64,000 nt of DNA from Candidatus Latescibacterota bacterium. Lineage in GTDB: Bacteria; Latescibacterota; UBA2968; UBA8231. The stretch lies in NCBI GenBank assembly GCA_963422735.1, contig OY730476.1, forward strand, positions 3,840,001 through 3,904,000, read 5' to 3'. Below are positions 49,843 through 60,733 of the stretch, in pieces. The translations under genes were made by a program, and so were the position numbers. Every line of letters starts with the position of its first letter. Position 1 is the stretch's first letter. Under the pieces are notes generated by a model that saw only the letters and a program-made list of their open reading frames with translations, was not told where the DNA came from and made no database searches.

Positions 49843-51192
49843 CTAATGCACCTGCCCTTCGCGTGGCAGCGCGTCCGCTAATCCATCGCGGCGATCCGGT
49901 CCGCCCATGAGGCCCCTGTAGCAGGCCGTGATGCTGAAGAGTAAGTAAAAAGGCGCGTATTGCGCCCACAGGACCCACGGCTTTTCGCGCCACACGCCTT
50001 CGTTACCATAGCCTATCTGCACCTCGTAAGCGAGGAAGATCAAGCCGCTGAGGAGCATCCAAGCGGGGCTGGAGAAAAAGACGAGGAAAGGGAGGACCCA
50101 AAGCAAGTACCAGGGATGCACGGTCGGCGAGAGCAAGACATAGGCACCGAGAGTTGCGAAGGCGGCTCGGTAGGGTTCGCGGTAGCGGAGTTGGACGCCG
50201 AGGGCCGCGAATGCGAAAAGGGCGGTGCAGAGCCAGCGAGCGTGTGAGTAGGCGTGGCCGTCCCACGGCTGTAAGGCAAAGCGAAAGAGCGAGTAGGCCG
50301 CCGCGTTGAAGTGCCAGTGTTGCACATAGGTCAGCAGGCCCGTTGCGAGCTTTTCCCCAGCGTCGGCAAAGGGCCAAAAGGCCAGTAGCCCCAGCGTTGG
50401 AAACAGAAGCAGGGCACTCCGCTTGCGGAAGTTGAGCCAATCGGCGCGAGGACGATGCCAAAAAGTGGGCAACAGCGCGAGGGGCACCAGTTTGACGAGA
50501 AAGGCCCCGGCGAGGGCGCAGACGGCTGCGGCCCAGCGCTGGCTGTGGAGTGCGTACAGGGCCGCGAAGAGGAGCAGGACGCCCAGCGCATCGATGTGGC
50601 CGCTGCCGGCGACTTCGACTAGGGGGAGGGGATTCCAAGCGTAGAGCACGACGCGGCGCGGGTCTTGGCCGCGCCGGACGAGGCTGTGTGCCAAGAGCAG
50701 GCAGAGGCCCCAATCGCAGAGCAGCAGGGCCAATTTGAACGCGGCCGGCGTCGCGCTTAGCATGCAAATCGCGCGAAAGAAAAGCTGCGCTAGCGGTGGG
50801 TAGATCGTGGGAATGGCGGCGTGGTTGACGCTGTGGTAGAGCGCGTCGCGCAGGTGCGCCACCTGTGGTGCCGAGGGCGAGTAGAGGTACGGATTGATGC
50901 CGGCTAGCTGGACGCGGCCGTCCCAGATGTAGCGGAAAATATCGTCCGAGAGCGTCGCCGGGCTCCACCATAGAGTCAGGCGGAAAACGAGGGCGGCCCC
51001 GAGGATCAGGTGCGGCCGTCCAGGGGGTGCGCCTCGCCGCAGGACGAGGTGCGCGGCGAGCGCGCAGCAGAGGAAAGCAGGAAAGACGCCGGCCCACAGT
51101 GCTCCGATCTGGCGCTGGAGATCGCCGAGAAAGACCAGATAGCAGCAGCACGCTTCAATGGCCCCGGCGAGCAGCAGCAGGCGAATGGACAC
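49843..51192 (-). CDS. GT-C membrane glycosyltransferase (GT87/DUF2029-like)
   Basis: LSDDIFRYIWDGRV, GINPY, TIYPP, YAWNPL, GHID and VHPWY. Confidence 0.8.
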   Translation of the reverse strand: MSIRLLLLAGAIEACCCYLVFLGDLQRQIGALWAGVFPAFLCCALAAHLVLRRGAPPGRPHLILGAALVFRLTLWWSPATLSDDIFRYIWDGRVQLAGINPYLYSPSAPQVAHLRDALYHSVNHAAIPTIYPPLAQLFFRAICMLSATPAAFKLALLLCDWGLCLLLAHSLVRRGQDPRRVVLYAWNPLPLVEVAGSGHIDALGVLLLFAALYALHSQRWAAAVCALAGAFLVKLVPLALLPTFWHRPRADWLNFRKRSALLLFPTLGLLAFWPFADAGEKLATGLLTYVQHWHFNAAAYSLFRFALQPWDGHAYSHARWLCTALFAFAALGVQLRYREPYRAAFATLGAYVLLSPTVHPWYLLWVLPFLVFFSSPAWMLLSGLIFLAYEVQIGYGNEGVWREKPWVLWAQYAPFYLLFSITACYRGLMGGPDRRDGLADALPREGQVH

Positions 51193-51193
51193 G

Positions 51194-51703
51194 TCAGCGC
51201 GCGACGCGCCGAGCCCCGGCGTAGCGGCGGCGGAAATAGGAGTTGTCGAGCGAGGTGATGGTAACGCCTCGGCTCTGGCTCATATGGGCGAAGCCACCTT
51301 GGCCGAGGTAGATGCCCACGTGCGAGACGCCCGGCCCAGTGTTCTCGATCTTAAAGAAGACCAAGTCGCCTGCTCTGAGGTGTTGCCGCCGGGCGATGGG
51401 GCGGCCAATGCCGTACATCTGCTTGGTGGTGCGGGGCAGCTCCACCCCGTACGTCTCGCGGAAAACGGCGCGGGCAAAGGCCGAGCAGTCCATGCCAGCG
51501 CGGGTGGTGCCTCCCCACCTGTAAGGTACGCCGCGATACCGGTTGACGACGCGAGTGAGGTGGCTGGGGCTGGCGCGGCGGCGTTCTTTGAGTTCGCGTA
51601 CCACGCTGCCCGAATCCGTGGAATCGGCCGTGTAACGCGGTGCCGAGCGGATTGAGCAGCTACAGGTGGCGAGGAGGCACAACAGGGTGAGAAGGTGCAA
51701 CAT
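51194..51703 (-). CDS. NlpC/P60 peptidoglycan endopeptidase, probable lipoprotein
   Basis: GVPYRWGG, DCSAF, LPRT, GDLVFF and SHVGIY. Confidence 0.92.
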   Translation of the reverse strand: MLHLLTLLCLLATCSCSIRSAPRYTADSTDSGSVVRELKERRRASPSHLTRVVNRYRGVPYRWGGTTRAGMDCSAFARAVFRETYGVELPRTTKQMYGIGRPIARRQHLRAGDLVFFKIENTGPGVSHVGIYLGQGGFAHMSQSRGVTITSLDNSYFRRRYAGARRVAR

Positions 51704-51713
51704 CGATGCCCCG

Positions 51714-52568
51714 TTATCGCGGGTAGGAGAAAAACCCCCGACCCGTCTTGCGGCCCAACGCGCCCTGCGCGACCATCTCGCGCAGCAGGGGGCAGGGGCG
51801 GTATTTGGAGTTGTCTAGACGCTGGGCAAACGATTCGAGGATATCCAAGGTTACGTCGAGTCCGACGTAGTCGGCCAAGGCCAGCGGCCCTAGAGGATGG
51901 CTTGCCCCCAGTATCATCACTCGGTCGATGTCTTCGGCGCTGGCCACGCCTTCGGCGAGGGCGTAGATGGCCTCATTGATCATGGGAAAGAGGATGCGGT
52001 TGACCGCAAAACCGGGGCTATTGGCGACCGCGACGGGAGTCTTGCCTAGGTCTTGGGCCAAGGCCATGACCGCGGCAAAGGTCTCGTCCGAAGTCGTGGT
52101 TGCATGCACTACTTCAACTAGGGGCATAGTCGGGGGTGGGTTGAAGAAGTGCAGGCCAATTACCTTGTCCGGCCGACCGGCCGCGGTGGCGAGAGCGTCG
52201 ATATCCAAGCCGGAGGTGTTGCTGGCGAGGATGGCCTCTGGCTTGGAATATTGTCCTAGTTGAGCGAAGACAGCGAGCTTGAGGTCTAGGCGTTCGGGCA
52301 CAGCTTCGACGACCATGTCGGCGGTGCCGATGGCGGCGAGCTGGTCAATACCCCGCAGCGCGGCGATGGCCGCTTCACTGGCGGCCGGCGCTAGCCGACC
52401 TTTGGCGGCTTGTTGGCGCAGGCGTGCGGCGATGGTGGCCAGCCCTTGTTCGCAGGCGCAAGAGTCTGCGTCGTAGAGCAGGACTTCCCTGCTGGCTTGG
52501 GCCAAAACTTGGGCAATGCCGCGCCCCATAGTGCCGGCCCCAATGACGGCAATGCGTTTGAGATTCAT
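51714..52568 (-). CDS. 3-hydroxyacyl-CoA (3-hydroxybutyryl-CoA) dehydrogenase
   Basis: GAGTMGRGIA, EAVPE, ASNTS, GLHFFNP and GRKTGRGFF. Confidence 0.92.
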   Translation of the reverse strand: MNLKRIAVIGAGTMGRGIAQVLAQASREVLLYDADSCACEQGLATIAARLRQQAAKGRLAPAASEAAIAALRGIDQLAAIGTADMVVEAVPERLDLKLAVFAQLGQYSKPEAILASNTSGLDIDALATAAGRPDKVIGLHFFNPPPTMPLVEVVHATTTSDETFAAVMALAQDLGKTPVAVANSPGFAVNRILFPMINEAIYALAEGVASAEDIDRVMILGASHPLGPLALADYVGLDVTLDILESFAQRLDNSKYRPCPLLREMVAQGALGRKTGRGFFSYPR

Positions 52569-52730
52569 ATCGTCTTTCAGCGGTGGATTTTAACCGAACC
52601 TACCATGTCGCCCAATAATCGCAAGAGGTTATTAACTAGCGGCTTACTATCTAAATATAGTATTGCGGGAGCGAGGAGATCACCTAGATTGATTTCCTCG
52701 CCGCTAAGAAAAAAAAGTAGAGGAGAATCA

Positions 52731-54452
52731 ATGGCAGCAGATCATGGGAAACTGAGGAGCGCCGACTGGTTTGGACGCGAGGACAAAGGCGGGTTCATTC
52801 ACCGTAGCTGGATGAAGCGCGGCCTGCCCGAACACGAATTCGACGGCCGCCCGGTCATCGGCATCTGCAACACGTGGTCCGAACTGACGCCCTGCAATAT
52901 CCACTTCCGCGACTTGGCCGAAGCCGTCAAACGCGGCGTGTACGAAGCTGGGGGTTTACCCGTGGAATTCCCGGTCACCTCGCTGGGCGAGCCAATCATG
53001 CGCCCAACGACTATGCTCTTCCGCAACTTGGCGAGCATGGATGTGGAGGAGTGCATTCGCGCCAACCCGGTTGACGGCGTGGTGCTCCTGACCGGATGCG
53101 ACAAGACTACGCCAGCGTGCTTGATGGGGGCGGCCAGCGTGGATCTGCCGACCATCGCCGTGCCCGGCGGCCCCATGCTCAACGGCAAGTACCGCGGCAG
53201 TGATATTGGTTCGGGAACGGATGTGTGGAAGTTCAGCGAGGACCTTCGCGCCGGGAGGATGACACGCGAGGAGTTCGGGCTGGCCGAGGACGGCATGACG
53301 CGCTCGGATGGACACTGTATGACGATGGGCACGGCATCGACGATGGCCTGTATGGTCGAGGCCCTCGGCATGACCCTGCCCGGCGGCGCGGCGATCCCGG
53401 CCCCAGACTCGCGGCGCAAGGTGCTGGCGCATCTGGCGGGGTCGCGCATCGTCGAGATGGTGGGCGAAGACCTCAAGATGTCCGCCATCCTCGGGCGCAC
53501 GGCCTTTGAGAACGCCATCAAGGTCAACGCGGCCATCGGCGGTTCGACCAACTGCGTCGTTCACTTGCTAGCTCTCGCTGGGCGCGTCGGCGTCGAGTTG
53601 TCCTTGGACGACTTCGACCGCCTCGGCAGTGAGCTGCCGCTATTGGTCAATTTGATGCCCTCGGGCAAATATCTGATGGAGGATTTCTATTACGCCGGTG
53701 GTTTGCCTGTGGTGATCGAGGAGCTAAAGGACGAATTGCATCTAGACGCTTTGACGGCGACGGGCAAGTCGCTCGGCGAGAATATTGCCGGGGCGGCCTG
53801 TTACAATCGCGACGTAATCGCGCCGCTGAACGCGCCGCTGAACGAGGCCGCGGGCTTGGCCGTGCTCCGGGGCAACCTCTGCGAGGACGGAGCGATAATC
53901 AAGCCGTCGGCCGCCTCGCCCGAGCTGATGCAGCACCGAGGCCGAGCGGTGGTCTTCGAGACGATTGAGGACTATCACCAACGGATCGATAGCCCCGATT
54001 TGGACGTGAATGAGTCGAGCGTACTGGTGCTGCAAAACGTCGGGCCGGTTGGCTATCCAGGCATGGCCGAGGTCGGCAATATGGGATTGCCCAAGAAACT
54101 GCTGGAAAAGGGTGTCCGGGACATGGTGCGCATTTCCGATGGCCGCATGAGCGGCACGGCCTATGGCACCGTGGTCCTGCACGTGGCACCCGAAGCGGCC
54201 ATTGGCGGACATCTGGCGCTGGTGCGCGACGGCGACATGATCGAGCTCGACTTGGCAGGTCGGCGGCTGCACCTAGACGCGTCGGACGAGGAACTGGCGC
54301 ACCGCCGCGCGGCTTGGCAGCCCCCCGTGCCCCACGATACCCGGGGCTACGTCAGCCTCTATATCGACCACGTGATGCAGGCCGACAAAGGAGTTGACTT
54401 CGACTTCTTGGTCGGCAAGTCGAGTGCAGTTGTAACGCGCGAGGCCCATTAG
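52731..54452 (+). CDS. IlvD/Edd-family sugar-acid dehydratase (L-arabinonate dehydratase-like)
   Basis: GAGGAG RBS and ATG at 52731, SELTPCN, GCDKT, CMTMGTAS, GGSTN and SDGRMSGT. Confidence 0.9.
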   Translation: MAADHGKLRSADWFGREDKGGFIHRSWMKRGLPEHEFDGRPVIGICNTWSELTPCNIHFRDLAEAVKRGVYEAGGLPVEFPVTSLGEPIMRPTTMLFRNLASMDVEECIRANPVDGVVLLTGCDKTTPACLMGAASVDLPTIAVPGGPMLNGKYRGSDIGSGTDVWKFSEDLRAGRMTREEFGLAEDGMTRSDGHCMTMGTASTMACMVEALGMTLPGGAAIPAPDSRRKVLAHLAGSRIVEMVGEDLKMSAILGRTAFENAIKVNAAIGGSTNCVVHLLALAGRVGVELSLDDFDRLGSELPLLVNLMPSGKYLMEDFYYAGGLPVVIEELKDELHLDALTATGKSLGENIAGAACYNRDVIAPLNAPLNEAAGLAVLRGNLCEDGAIIKPSAASPELMQHRGRAVVFETIEDYHQRIDSPDLDVNESSVLVLQNVGPVGYPGMAEVGNMGLPKKLLEKGVRDMVRISDGRMSGTAYGTVVLHVAPEAAIGGHLALVRDGDMIELDLAGRRLHLDASDEELAHRRAAWQPPVPHDTRGYVSLYIDHVMQADKGVDFDFLVGKSSAVVTREAH

Positions 54453-54467
54453 CGAAAGGACTAGACG

Positions 54468-55607
54468 GTGAAAATCGCCAAAATCGAACAGTTTTTCCCG
54501 CGCCAGCGCATGCGCTTAGTCAAGATTACCACGGACAACGGTCTCGTAGGATGGGGCGAGACCACGCTGGAGGGCAAGCCCAAGAGCACCTGGGCGGCGG
54601 TGGAAGAGTTGGCCGAATACTTCGTCGGCAAGGATCCGCTCCGCATTGAGCATCATTGGCAGCACGTCTATCGCTCGGCCTTTTTTCGCGGCGGCAATGT
54701 GCTGATGAGTGCGCTGTCGGGCATCGATCAGGCGCTGTGGGATATCGCCGGCAAGCACTACAATGTTCCCGCCTATATGCTCTTGGGCGGTGCGGTGCGC
54801 GACCGGATTCGCGTGTACGCGCACTGGGGCATCCACGGCCAGACCGACGAGGCACTCGCGTCGGCACGGGCGCGGCTCGACATGCTGTTGGCGAAAGGCT
54901 ACACGGCCTTCAAGACGGGGCCGGGTGGCACGTGGCGCGCTCACGAGCCACCGGCGCGAATAGACGCCTTTGTCAAAGACGCCTATACCATGCGCGAATG
55001 GGTCGGCGGCGAGGTAGAGCTATGCTTCGACTTCCACGGCAAGATGGCGCCGGGGCTGGCGATTGAGGTGTGTGGCCAACTCGCGGGGATGCGGCCAATG
55101 TTCGTCGAAGAGCCAATCCCGCAGGAGAATGCTGATGCGTTAAAAGAGGTCTCCGACCACGTGCCCTTCCCCATTGCCACGGGCGAGCGCCTGCTCTCGC
55201 GCTGGGAGTTCCGGGAGATTTTTGAAAAGCAGGCCGTCTCCTACATCCAACCCGACGGTTCGCACGCGGGCGGGATCACCGAGCTGAAAAAGATCGCCAA
55301 TATGGCCGAGGTCTATTACATCCACATCATGCCGCACTGTGCCATCGGCCCGGTGGCCTTTTCCGCTTGTATGCAGGTCGATGCGGTGGTGCCCAATTTC
55401 CTAGTGCAGGAACAGGTTGACGAAGGGTTGGGCGAAGGGCTGCTCGCTGCGCCTTGGCAGGTAGTTGATGGCCACATCGAGTTGCCGACCAAGCCGGGGT
55501 TGGGGTTCGACCTGATCGAGTCCGAGGTGGAAAAGACGATTGAGTACACAGAGGAACTGGGCGGCGAATACTACTACGAAAACGACGGCAGTGTCGCAGA
55601 CTGGTAG
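54468..55607 (+). CDS. Mandelate racemase/MLE family dehydratase (galactonate dehydratase DgoD-like)
   Basis: GWGETTLEG, SGIDQALWDIAGK, DFHGK, FVEEP and ATGERL. Confidence 0.85.
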   Translation: MKIAKIEQFFPRQRMRLVKITTDNGLVGWGETTLEGKPKSTWAAVEELAEYFVGKDPLRIEHHWQHVYRSAFFRGGNVLMSALSGIDQALWDIAGKHYNVPAYMLLGGAVRDRIRVYAHWGIHGQTDEALASARARLDMLLAKGYTAFKTGPGGTWRAHEPPARIDAFVKDAYTMREWVGGEVELCFDFHGKMAPGLAIEVCGQLAGMRPMFVEEPIPQENADALKEVSDHVPFPIATGERLLSRWEFREIFEKQAVSYIQPDGSHAGGITELKKIANMAEVYYIHIMPHCAIGPVAFSACMQVDAVVPNFLVQEQVDEGLGEGLLAAPWQVVDGHIELPTKPGLGFDLIESEVEKTIEYTEELGGEYYYENDGSVADW

Positions 55608-55614
55608 CGTTGCC

Positions 55615-55983
55615 ATGCGCCGCCGGGCGTTTGAGAAGCTGGTGGAAAAGGCCCTCCAGCGCCTGCCGGAGGAGTTCCGCGAAGTGCTGGACAACCTAGC
55701 CATCGTCGTCGAGGACTGGCCCGACCCCGAGCTGGTCGAGGAGGTAACCGGCGATCCAGAGGAAGTGCTCTACGGGCTTTTCTCTGGATCGCCCCTGCCC
55801 GAGCGCCGCCTTGAAGACAGCGGAGACCTGCCACCGGTAATCGCGCTCTATCAGGGGCCTTTGGAGGAGGACTTTCCCGAGCGGGGCGAGCTGGCGCGGG
55901 AGGTGGAGACCACCTTGGTACACGAGCTAGCGCACTTTATGGGCTTTGACGAAGACGCGGTTAGAAAGTACGGCTATGAATAG
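55615..55983 (+). CDS. Zincin-like metallopeptidase (DUF1025)
   Basis: LPEEF...VVEDWP...LYGLF...TLVHELAHFMG (HExxH). ATG at 55615. Confidence 0.85.
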   Translation: MRRRAFEKLVEKALQRLPEEFREVLDNLAIVVEDWPDPELVEEVTGDPEEVLYGLFSGSPLPERRLEDSGDLPPVIALYQGPLEEDFPERGELAREVETTLVHELAHFMGFDEDAVRKYGYE

Positions 55984-56043
55984 CACCGACAACGAATTTC
56001 AAGAAGAGTCAAGCAGACCCTTTTCACATAAGGGATAACGGAG

Positions 56044-57012
56044 ATGGGTAATAGCAGCGACGAAGAAAAAATCACACAGTTGCAAAAAGCCCTCGACGAG
56101 AGCGCTCTAGACGCCTTGACAATCCTGCTGCGCCAGCACCCGCACCTGATGCACCATCGCGTCGAATGCGCGGACGGGCAGAGCTATACCCCCTTGCAAT
56201 ACGCCGACCGCATCGGTGCTAGCTTGGAGGCCATGCGCCTGTTGGTCGAATTCGGTGCCGATCTGCGCGAATTGGACGGTGCGCTCTTTGGGTGCTGTGA
56301 GGCCCACCATCTAGATCACATGCAGCGCTTGCTAAAGCTGGGCGTCCACCCCGACGACGCGTACAATGAAGGCTGGGACTGCCGCGTCCTCTATGGGCTT
56401 TTGCAGACGTACCACCGCCCGTCCCCGGCCCATCTGCACACCTGCGTCGAAGTGCTCATCGAAGCGGGGGCCACCTTTGAGGATGGGCCGACAATGGATA
56501 TCCACCGAGGTCGGCTCGACCGACTGGAGCAGCGCCTCGACCGCTGTCCCGCCATAGTCGAGGCGCACTTTTGGCTCGACTATGGCGACCATCTCACGCT
56601 GCGGGGTGCCACCCTCCTACACGTGGCAGTCGAATATCACGAGTTGGATGCCGTGCGCCTGCTGCTGAGGCACGGTGCCGATTTGGATGCCCGCGCTGAG
56701 ATTGGCCGCAACGGAGTCGGCGGCCAGACGCCTCTCTTCCACGCCATTGGTGCCAACCAAGAAACGGGCTGGGAGACCTTCGAGTACCTGTTGACCAAAG
56801 GAGCGGACTTGACGGCCAGAGCACGCATCCAGCGCAATCCGACGGCTGACGACAAAGTGATGGACTGCATTCACAAGGGGCAGGATCACTTTTTCCCCGA
56901 GGTCGAGGAACTCACGCCGCTGGGCTATGCCCTGCGCCACGAATCCGGTCCGACTTGGCGCGCCACACCGCGCGAAGTGGCCCGGCTGCGGGCATTGCGT
57001 GCCCCGGCGTAA
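56044..57012 (+). CDS. Ankyrin-repeat protein
   Basis: TPLQYA, LLVEFGADL, GATLLHVAVE, LLRHGADL and GQTPLFHA. Confidence 0.85.
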   Translation: MGNSSDEEKITQLQKALDESALDALTILLRQHPHLMHHRVECADGQSYTPLQYADRIGASLEAMRLLVEFGADLRELDGALFGCCEAHHLDHMQRLLKLGVHPDDAYNEGWDCRVLYGLLQTYHRPSPAHLHTCVEVLIEAGATFEDGPTMDIHRGRLDRLEQRLDRCPAIVEAHFWLDYGDHLTLRGATLLHVAVEYHELDAVRLLLRHGADLDARAEIGRNGVGGQTPLFHAIGANQETGWETFEYLLTKGADLTARARIQRNPTADDKVMDCIHKGQDHFFPEVEELTPLGYALRHESGPTWRATPREVARLRALRAPA

Positions 57013-57102
57013 TCCCGCCGCGCTAGGTAGTTGCTCCTCTCGGCGATATGGTTTAGTTTTTCTTCCTTCTCAATACAATCATTTATCCAAGCAGATCTTC
57101 CC

Positions 57103-58812
57103 GTGAATGTACCTAAACACGACATACTGATCGTAGGCGGCGGCGGTGCGGGCCTGCGGGCGGCGATTGCCGCCGTCGAGATCGATCCGAACCTCAGCGT
57201 CGGCTTGGTGTCCAAAGTGTACCCTATGCGTAGCCACACGGTGTCAGCCGAGGGCGGCTCCGCAGCGGTGATCCGCGAAGATGACAGCTTCGACTCCCAT
57301 GCCTTCGACACCATCAAGGGCAGCGACTTCCTCGCCGACCAAGACACAGTAGAGGCCTTCGTCAAGGAGGCCCGCGACGAGCTGATCCAATTAGAGCATT
57401 GGGGTTGTCCTTGGAGCCGCGACGACGACGGTCGGATCAGCGTGCGTGCTTTCGGCGGCATGACGGTCAAGCGGACCCTGTACGCGGCCGACAAGACCGG
57501 CTTCCACATGCTTCACGCCCTCTTCCAGACTTCGCTCAAATACGACCGCATCCAGCGCTACGACGAGTGGTACGGGACTCGGCTGCTGCTCGACGACAAC
57601 GGCGCAGCCTGCGGCGTGGCAGCGATCAACGTGCGCTCGGGTGCCATGCAGGCGATTCCCGCCAAGGCCGTAATCATCTGCACGGGCGGCGGCGGGCGCA
57701 TTTTTCCCTTTACGACCAACGCCGCCATCAAGACCGGCGACGGCATGTCCATGGCCTACCAAGCGGGCTGCCCACTCAAGGACATGGAATTTGTGCAGTA
57801 CCATCCCACTGGGCTGCCGGGCACGGGCATCCTAATGACCGAGGCATCGCGCGGCGAGGGCGGCTACTTGATCAACAACAAGGGCGACCGCTACCTCAGC
57901 GAGTACCTGCCCGACAAGATGGAGTTAGGCCCGCGCGACATGGTTTCGCGGGCGTTCGTCCACGAGGAGCGAGCCGGTCGGGTCTTTTCCGGCCCGTACG
58001 GCACCTACGTCCATCTCGATTTGCGGCACTTGGGCGAAAAGAAAATCGACGAGCGCATCCCCTTCGTGCGCGAACTGACCAAAAACTACGTGGGCATCGA
58101 TCCGGTGTACGAGCCGGTGCCCGTGCGCCCGGTGGTCCACTACATGATGGGCGGCATTCACACCGATATTACTACGGCGACGCCAATTCCGGGCCTTTAC
58201 GCGGCCGGGGAAACGGCCTGTGTCACCATCAACGGGGCCAATCGCCTCGGCTCCAACTCGCTGTCCGAGCTTTTGGTTTTTGGTGCTCGCGCCGGCCGGT
58301 ATGCCACTGAGTACGCCGAGGAGGTCAATTCACCGCCGTACGACAGCTTGGAGAAGATGGCGGCCGACGAGTGGCAGCGGATTGAAAATGCGTTTTTCAA
58401 AAACGAAGGCAGCGAGCGGATTGCCGACATTCGTACGGATCTGCAAAAGACGATGGAGCAAGGGGCGGGCATCTACCGCGAACAGGAGAGTCTAGAAGCG
58501 GCCTGCGCCGAGTTGCCCAAGCTCAAGGAACGCTATACTCGCGTCCAAGTTGGCGACAGCTCATCGGTCTTCAACACCGAACTGACTGCCGCTTTGGAAC
58601 TGGGCTCGCTGCTCGATGTGGCCGAGACCGTGGCCCATTCGGCACTTTTGCGCCGGGAGTCGCGCGGCTCGCATTCGCGCATGGACTACGAGGAGCGCGA
58701 CGACGAAAACTTCCTCTGCCACTCCTTGGCGTACCGCACCGATGGCGATCCGCGCATTGAATACCAAGACGTCGTCATCACCCGCTGGCAGCCCCAAGAG
58801 CGCACCTACTGA
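57103..58812 (+). CDS. frdA: Fumarate reductase/succinate dehydrogenase flavoprotein subunit
   Basis: [20 protein letters not shown] (covalent FAD His), [15 protein letters not shown] and ESRGSH. GTG at 57103 is preferred. Confidence 0.9.
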   Translation: MNVPKHDILIVGGGGAGLRAAIAAVEIDPNLSVGLVSKVYPMRSHTVSAEGGSAAVIREDDSFDSHAFDTIKGSDFLADQDTVEAFVKEARDELIQLEHWGCPWSRDDDGRISVRAFGGMTVKRTLYAADKTGFHMLHALFQTSLKYDRIQRYDEWYGTRLLLDDNGAACGVAAINVRSGAMQAIPAKAVIICTGGGGRIFPFTTNAAIKTGDGMSMAYQAGCPLKDMEFVQYHPTGLPGTGILMTEASRGEGGYLINNKGDRYLSEYLPDKMELGPRDMVSRAFVHEERAGRVFSGPYGTYVHLDLRHLGEKKIDERIPFVRELTKNYVGIDPVYEPVPVRPVVHYMMGGIHTDITTATPIPGLYAAGETACVTINGANRLGSNSLSELLVFGARAGRYATEYAEEVNSPPYDSLEKMAADEWQRIENAFFKNEGSERIADIRTDLQKTMEQGAGIYREQESLEAACAELPKLKERYTRVQVGDSSSVFNTELTAALELGSLLDVAETVAHSALLRRESRGSHSRMDYEERDDENFLCHSLAYRTDGDPRIEYQDVVITRWQPQERTY

Positions 58813-58824
58813 TTAAGAGGAGCT

Positions 58825-59571
58825 ATGAGCGACAAGACCATTGGCATCCGGGTGACTCGCTTCCGACCCGAGCAAGAGGACGCCCCCACAGAGCAGGCTT
58901 ACGAGGTTCCTTACCAAGAGGACTGGGTCGTCCTCGACGCGCTCAACTACATCAAAGACCACATCGACGGCACCCTCTCGTACCGATGGTCGTGCCGCAT
59001 GGGCGTGTGCGGCTCTTGCGGCATGATGGTCAACGGCGAGCCTAAGTTGACCTGCGCGGCCTTTCTCAAGGATTACTACCCAAACGAACTGGTGGTCCAG
59101 CCCCTCGCCCACTTCCCAATCATCCGCGACTTGGTCGTCGATATAGACGATTTCATGGATAAGCTCAAGGCGGTCCAGCCGTGGATTATTCGCGAGGAAG
59201 AAAAGCCGGTTGCCGAAGGCGAGTACTTACAGTCGCCTGCGGAGCTAAAGGAGTACAAGCAGTTTAGCCAATGCATCAACTGCTTGCTGTGTTATGCGGC
59301 TTGTCCAGTCTATGGGCTGGAAGATGTCTTCGTCGGCCCAGCGGCCCTCGCGCTTTCCTACCGCTACAATCTCGACTCGCGCGATGAAGGCTACGCCCAG
59401 CGCACGGTCGTCGCCGCTAGTAATGAGGGTATCTGGGAATGCACCTTTATCGGTGAGTGCTCGGTGGTCTGTCCCAAGGACGTGGACCCGGCCGCCGCCA
59501 TCCAGCGCACGAAGCTCGAGACGACTACCAATTGGTTCAAATCCTTTCTCATGCCTTGGGGGGACAAATGA
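58825..59571 (+). CDS. frdB: Fumarate reductase iron-sulfur subunit
   Basis: [26 protein letters not shown] and [13 protein letters not shown]. Confidence 0.9.
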   Translation: MSDKTIGIRVTRFRPEQEDAPTEQAYEVPYQEDWVVLDALNYIKDHIDGTLSYRWSCRMGVCGSCGMMVNGEPKLTCAAFLKDYYPNELVVQPLAHFPIIRDLVVDIDDFMDKLKAVQPWIIREEEKPVAEGEYLQSPAELKEYKQFSQCINCLLCYAACPVYGLEDVFVGPAALALSYRYNLDSRDEGYAQRTVVAASNEGIWECTFIGECSVVCPKDVDPAAAIQRTKLETTTNWFKSFLMPWGDK

Positions 59572-59966
59572 GCCAGTCGTACGAAACCTACAAGCCAAAG
59601 CTATCTCCAGCTTGGTGGCTGAAGAGCCGTAGCTACTTCCTGTTTATGATGCGTGAATTGAGCAGCGTCTTCATCGCTGCCTTCGTCCTCCTCTTCCTCT
59701 ATCAGTTCTTTGCGCTGGCCAAGGGGCCGGAGGCGTATGCGGCTTGCCGCTCTGTACTGACGACGCCCGCATTTGTGGTCTTTTACGTGGTTGCGTTTGT
59801 CTTTGCTCTCTACCACACGATCACTTGGCTGGGGGTAATGGGCCGGGTGCAGGTCGTGCGGATGGGCGCATTTACCGTGCCGCCCAAATTGGTAACGGCT
59901 GGTGCCTTCGTTGGGTTTTTCCTTGTGTCGGCTGCCGTTGGCTGCTTTTTCCTGTACGCGCTATAG
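59568..59966 (+). CDS. frdC: Fumarate reductase membrane anchor subunit C
   Basis: WW...FMMRELSS and LYHTITW, three TM segments. ATG at 59568 overlaps the frdB stop. Confidence 0.8.
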   Translation: MSQSYETYKPKLSPAWWLKSRSYFLFMMRELSSVFIAAFVLLFLYQFFALAKGPEAYAACRSVLTTPAFVVFYVVAFVFALYHTITWLGVMGRVQVVRMGAFTVPPKLVTAGAFVGFFLVSAAVGCFFLYAL

Positions 59967-59968
59967 CT

Positions 59969-60331
59969 ATGAGCTACAAACAAGACAAAACCGAACCTTT
60001 CTGGTGGGGTCTGTTTTCCGCTGGCGGCGTGGTAGCCGCCATGCTGATCCCCGTGCTGATCTACTTCGCCGGGCTGGCCGAGCCGCTGGGCTTGGTCGGC
60101 TCAGAGGCGAGCAGCTATAAAACCATGCGCGAGTTGCTCAGCCACCCGCTGGCCAAGGTATTCTTTTTCGTCGTGGCCGTCCTACCCCTTTACCACGCGG
60201 CGCACCGCATCCGCTTCATGCTCCACGAGTTCGGGCTGCGGAAGTTGATCTTTCCCATTCACTACTTCTGCTACGGCGGTGCCTTGGTTGGCACTGGGCT
60301 GGCAGCCTATATTTTCTTCCTTCTGCTTTAA
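59969..60331 (+). CDS. frdD: Fumarate reductase membrane anchor subunit D
   Basis: EPFWWGLFSAGG, YHAAHRIR and CYG. Confidence 0.85.
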   Translation: MSYKQDKTEPFWWGLFSAGGVVAAMLIPVLIYFAGLAEPLGLVGSEASSYKTMRELLSHPLAKVFFFVVAVLPLYHAAHRIRFMLHEFGLRKLIFPIHYFCYGGALVGTGLAAYIFFLLL

Positions 60332-60343
60332 TCGTCGGCCCCG

Positions 60344-60711
60344 ATGGGTTCAATGGAACCGACGCTGCGATCGAGGATCCGCGGCTCGGTGCTCATCTAG
60401 GCTTGGGGAGATGCTTTGGGTGCGCCGCTTGAATTCGCGCCGCCAGACGCGGTTAAAAAGCGCACGGGCGAGCAGTGGCTGAAGCGACTCTATCCATTCA
60501 CCGGAAAAAGGGGCCGCACGGAATATGGGCCGACCAAGCACCGGCGGGCACGGGTACCGACGGTATGCGCTACAATTATCTTTTTATGGAGTTGGCCGTC
60601 GAGCTGGGGAGGATTGAAGTGGCGCGGCGATTGTTGGACGTGTACGGATTCGACTTGGAGAAGACGATCACGCGTTTCGCGCGCTTGGTGGCCTCTAGGC
60701 AGTTTCATTAA
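60344..60711 (+). pseudogene. ADP-ribosylglycohydrolase (DraG-like) remnant
   Basis: SRIRGSVLI*AWGDALGAPLEF with an in-frame TAG at 60398, then a frameshift to GTGTDG (degenerate TDD), truncated. Confidence 0.7.
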
Positions 60712-60733
60712 AGCAAGGAAAGGAAGAACGTCG

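Noticed and set aside
60398-60400. In-frame TAG as possible stop-codon recoding (pyrrolysine or alternative code)
   Set aside because: The same gene also has a frameshift and truncation, and TAG terminates many intact genes in this window.
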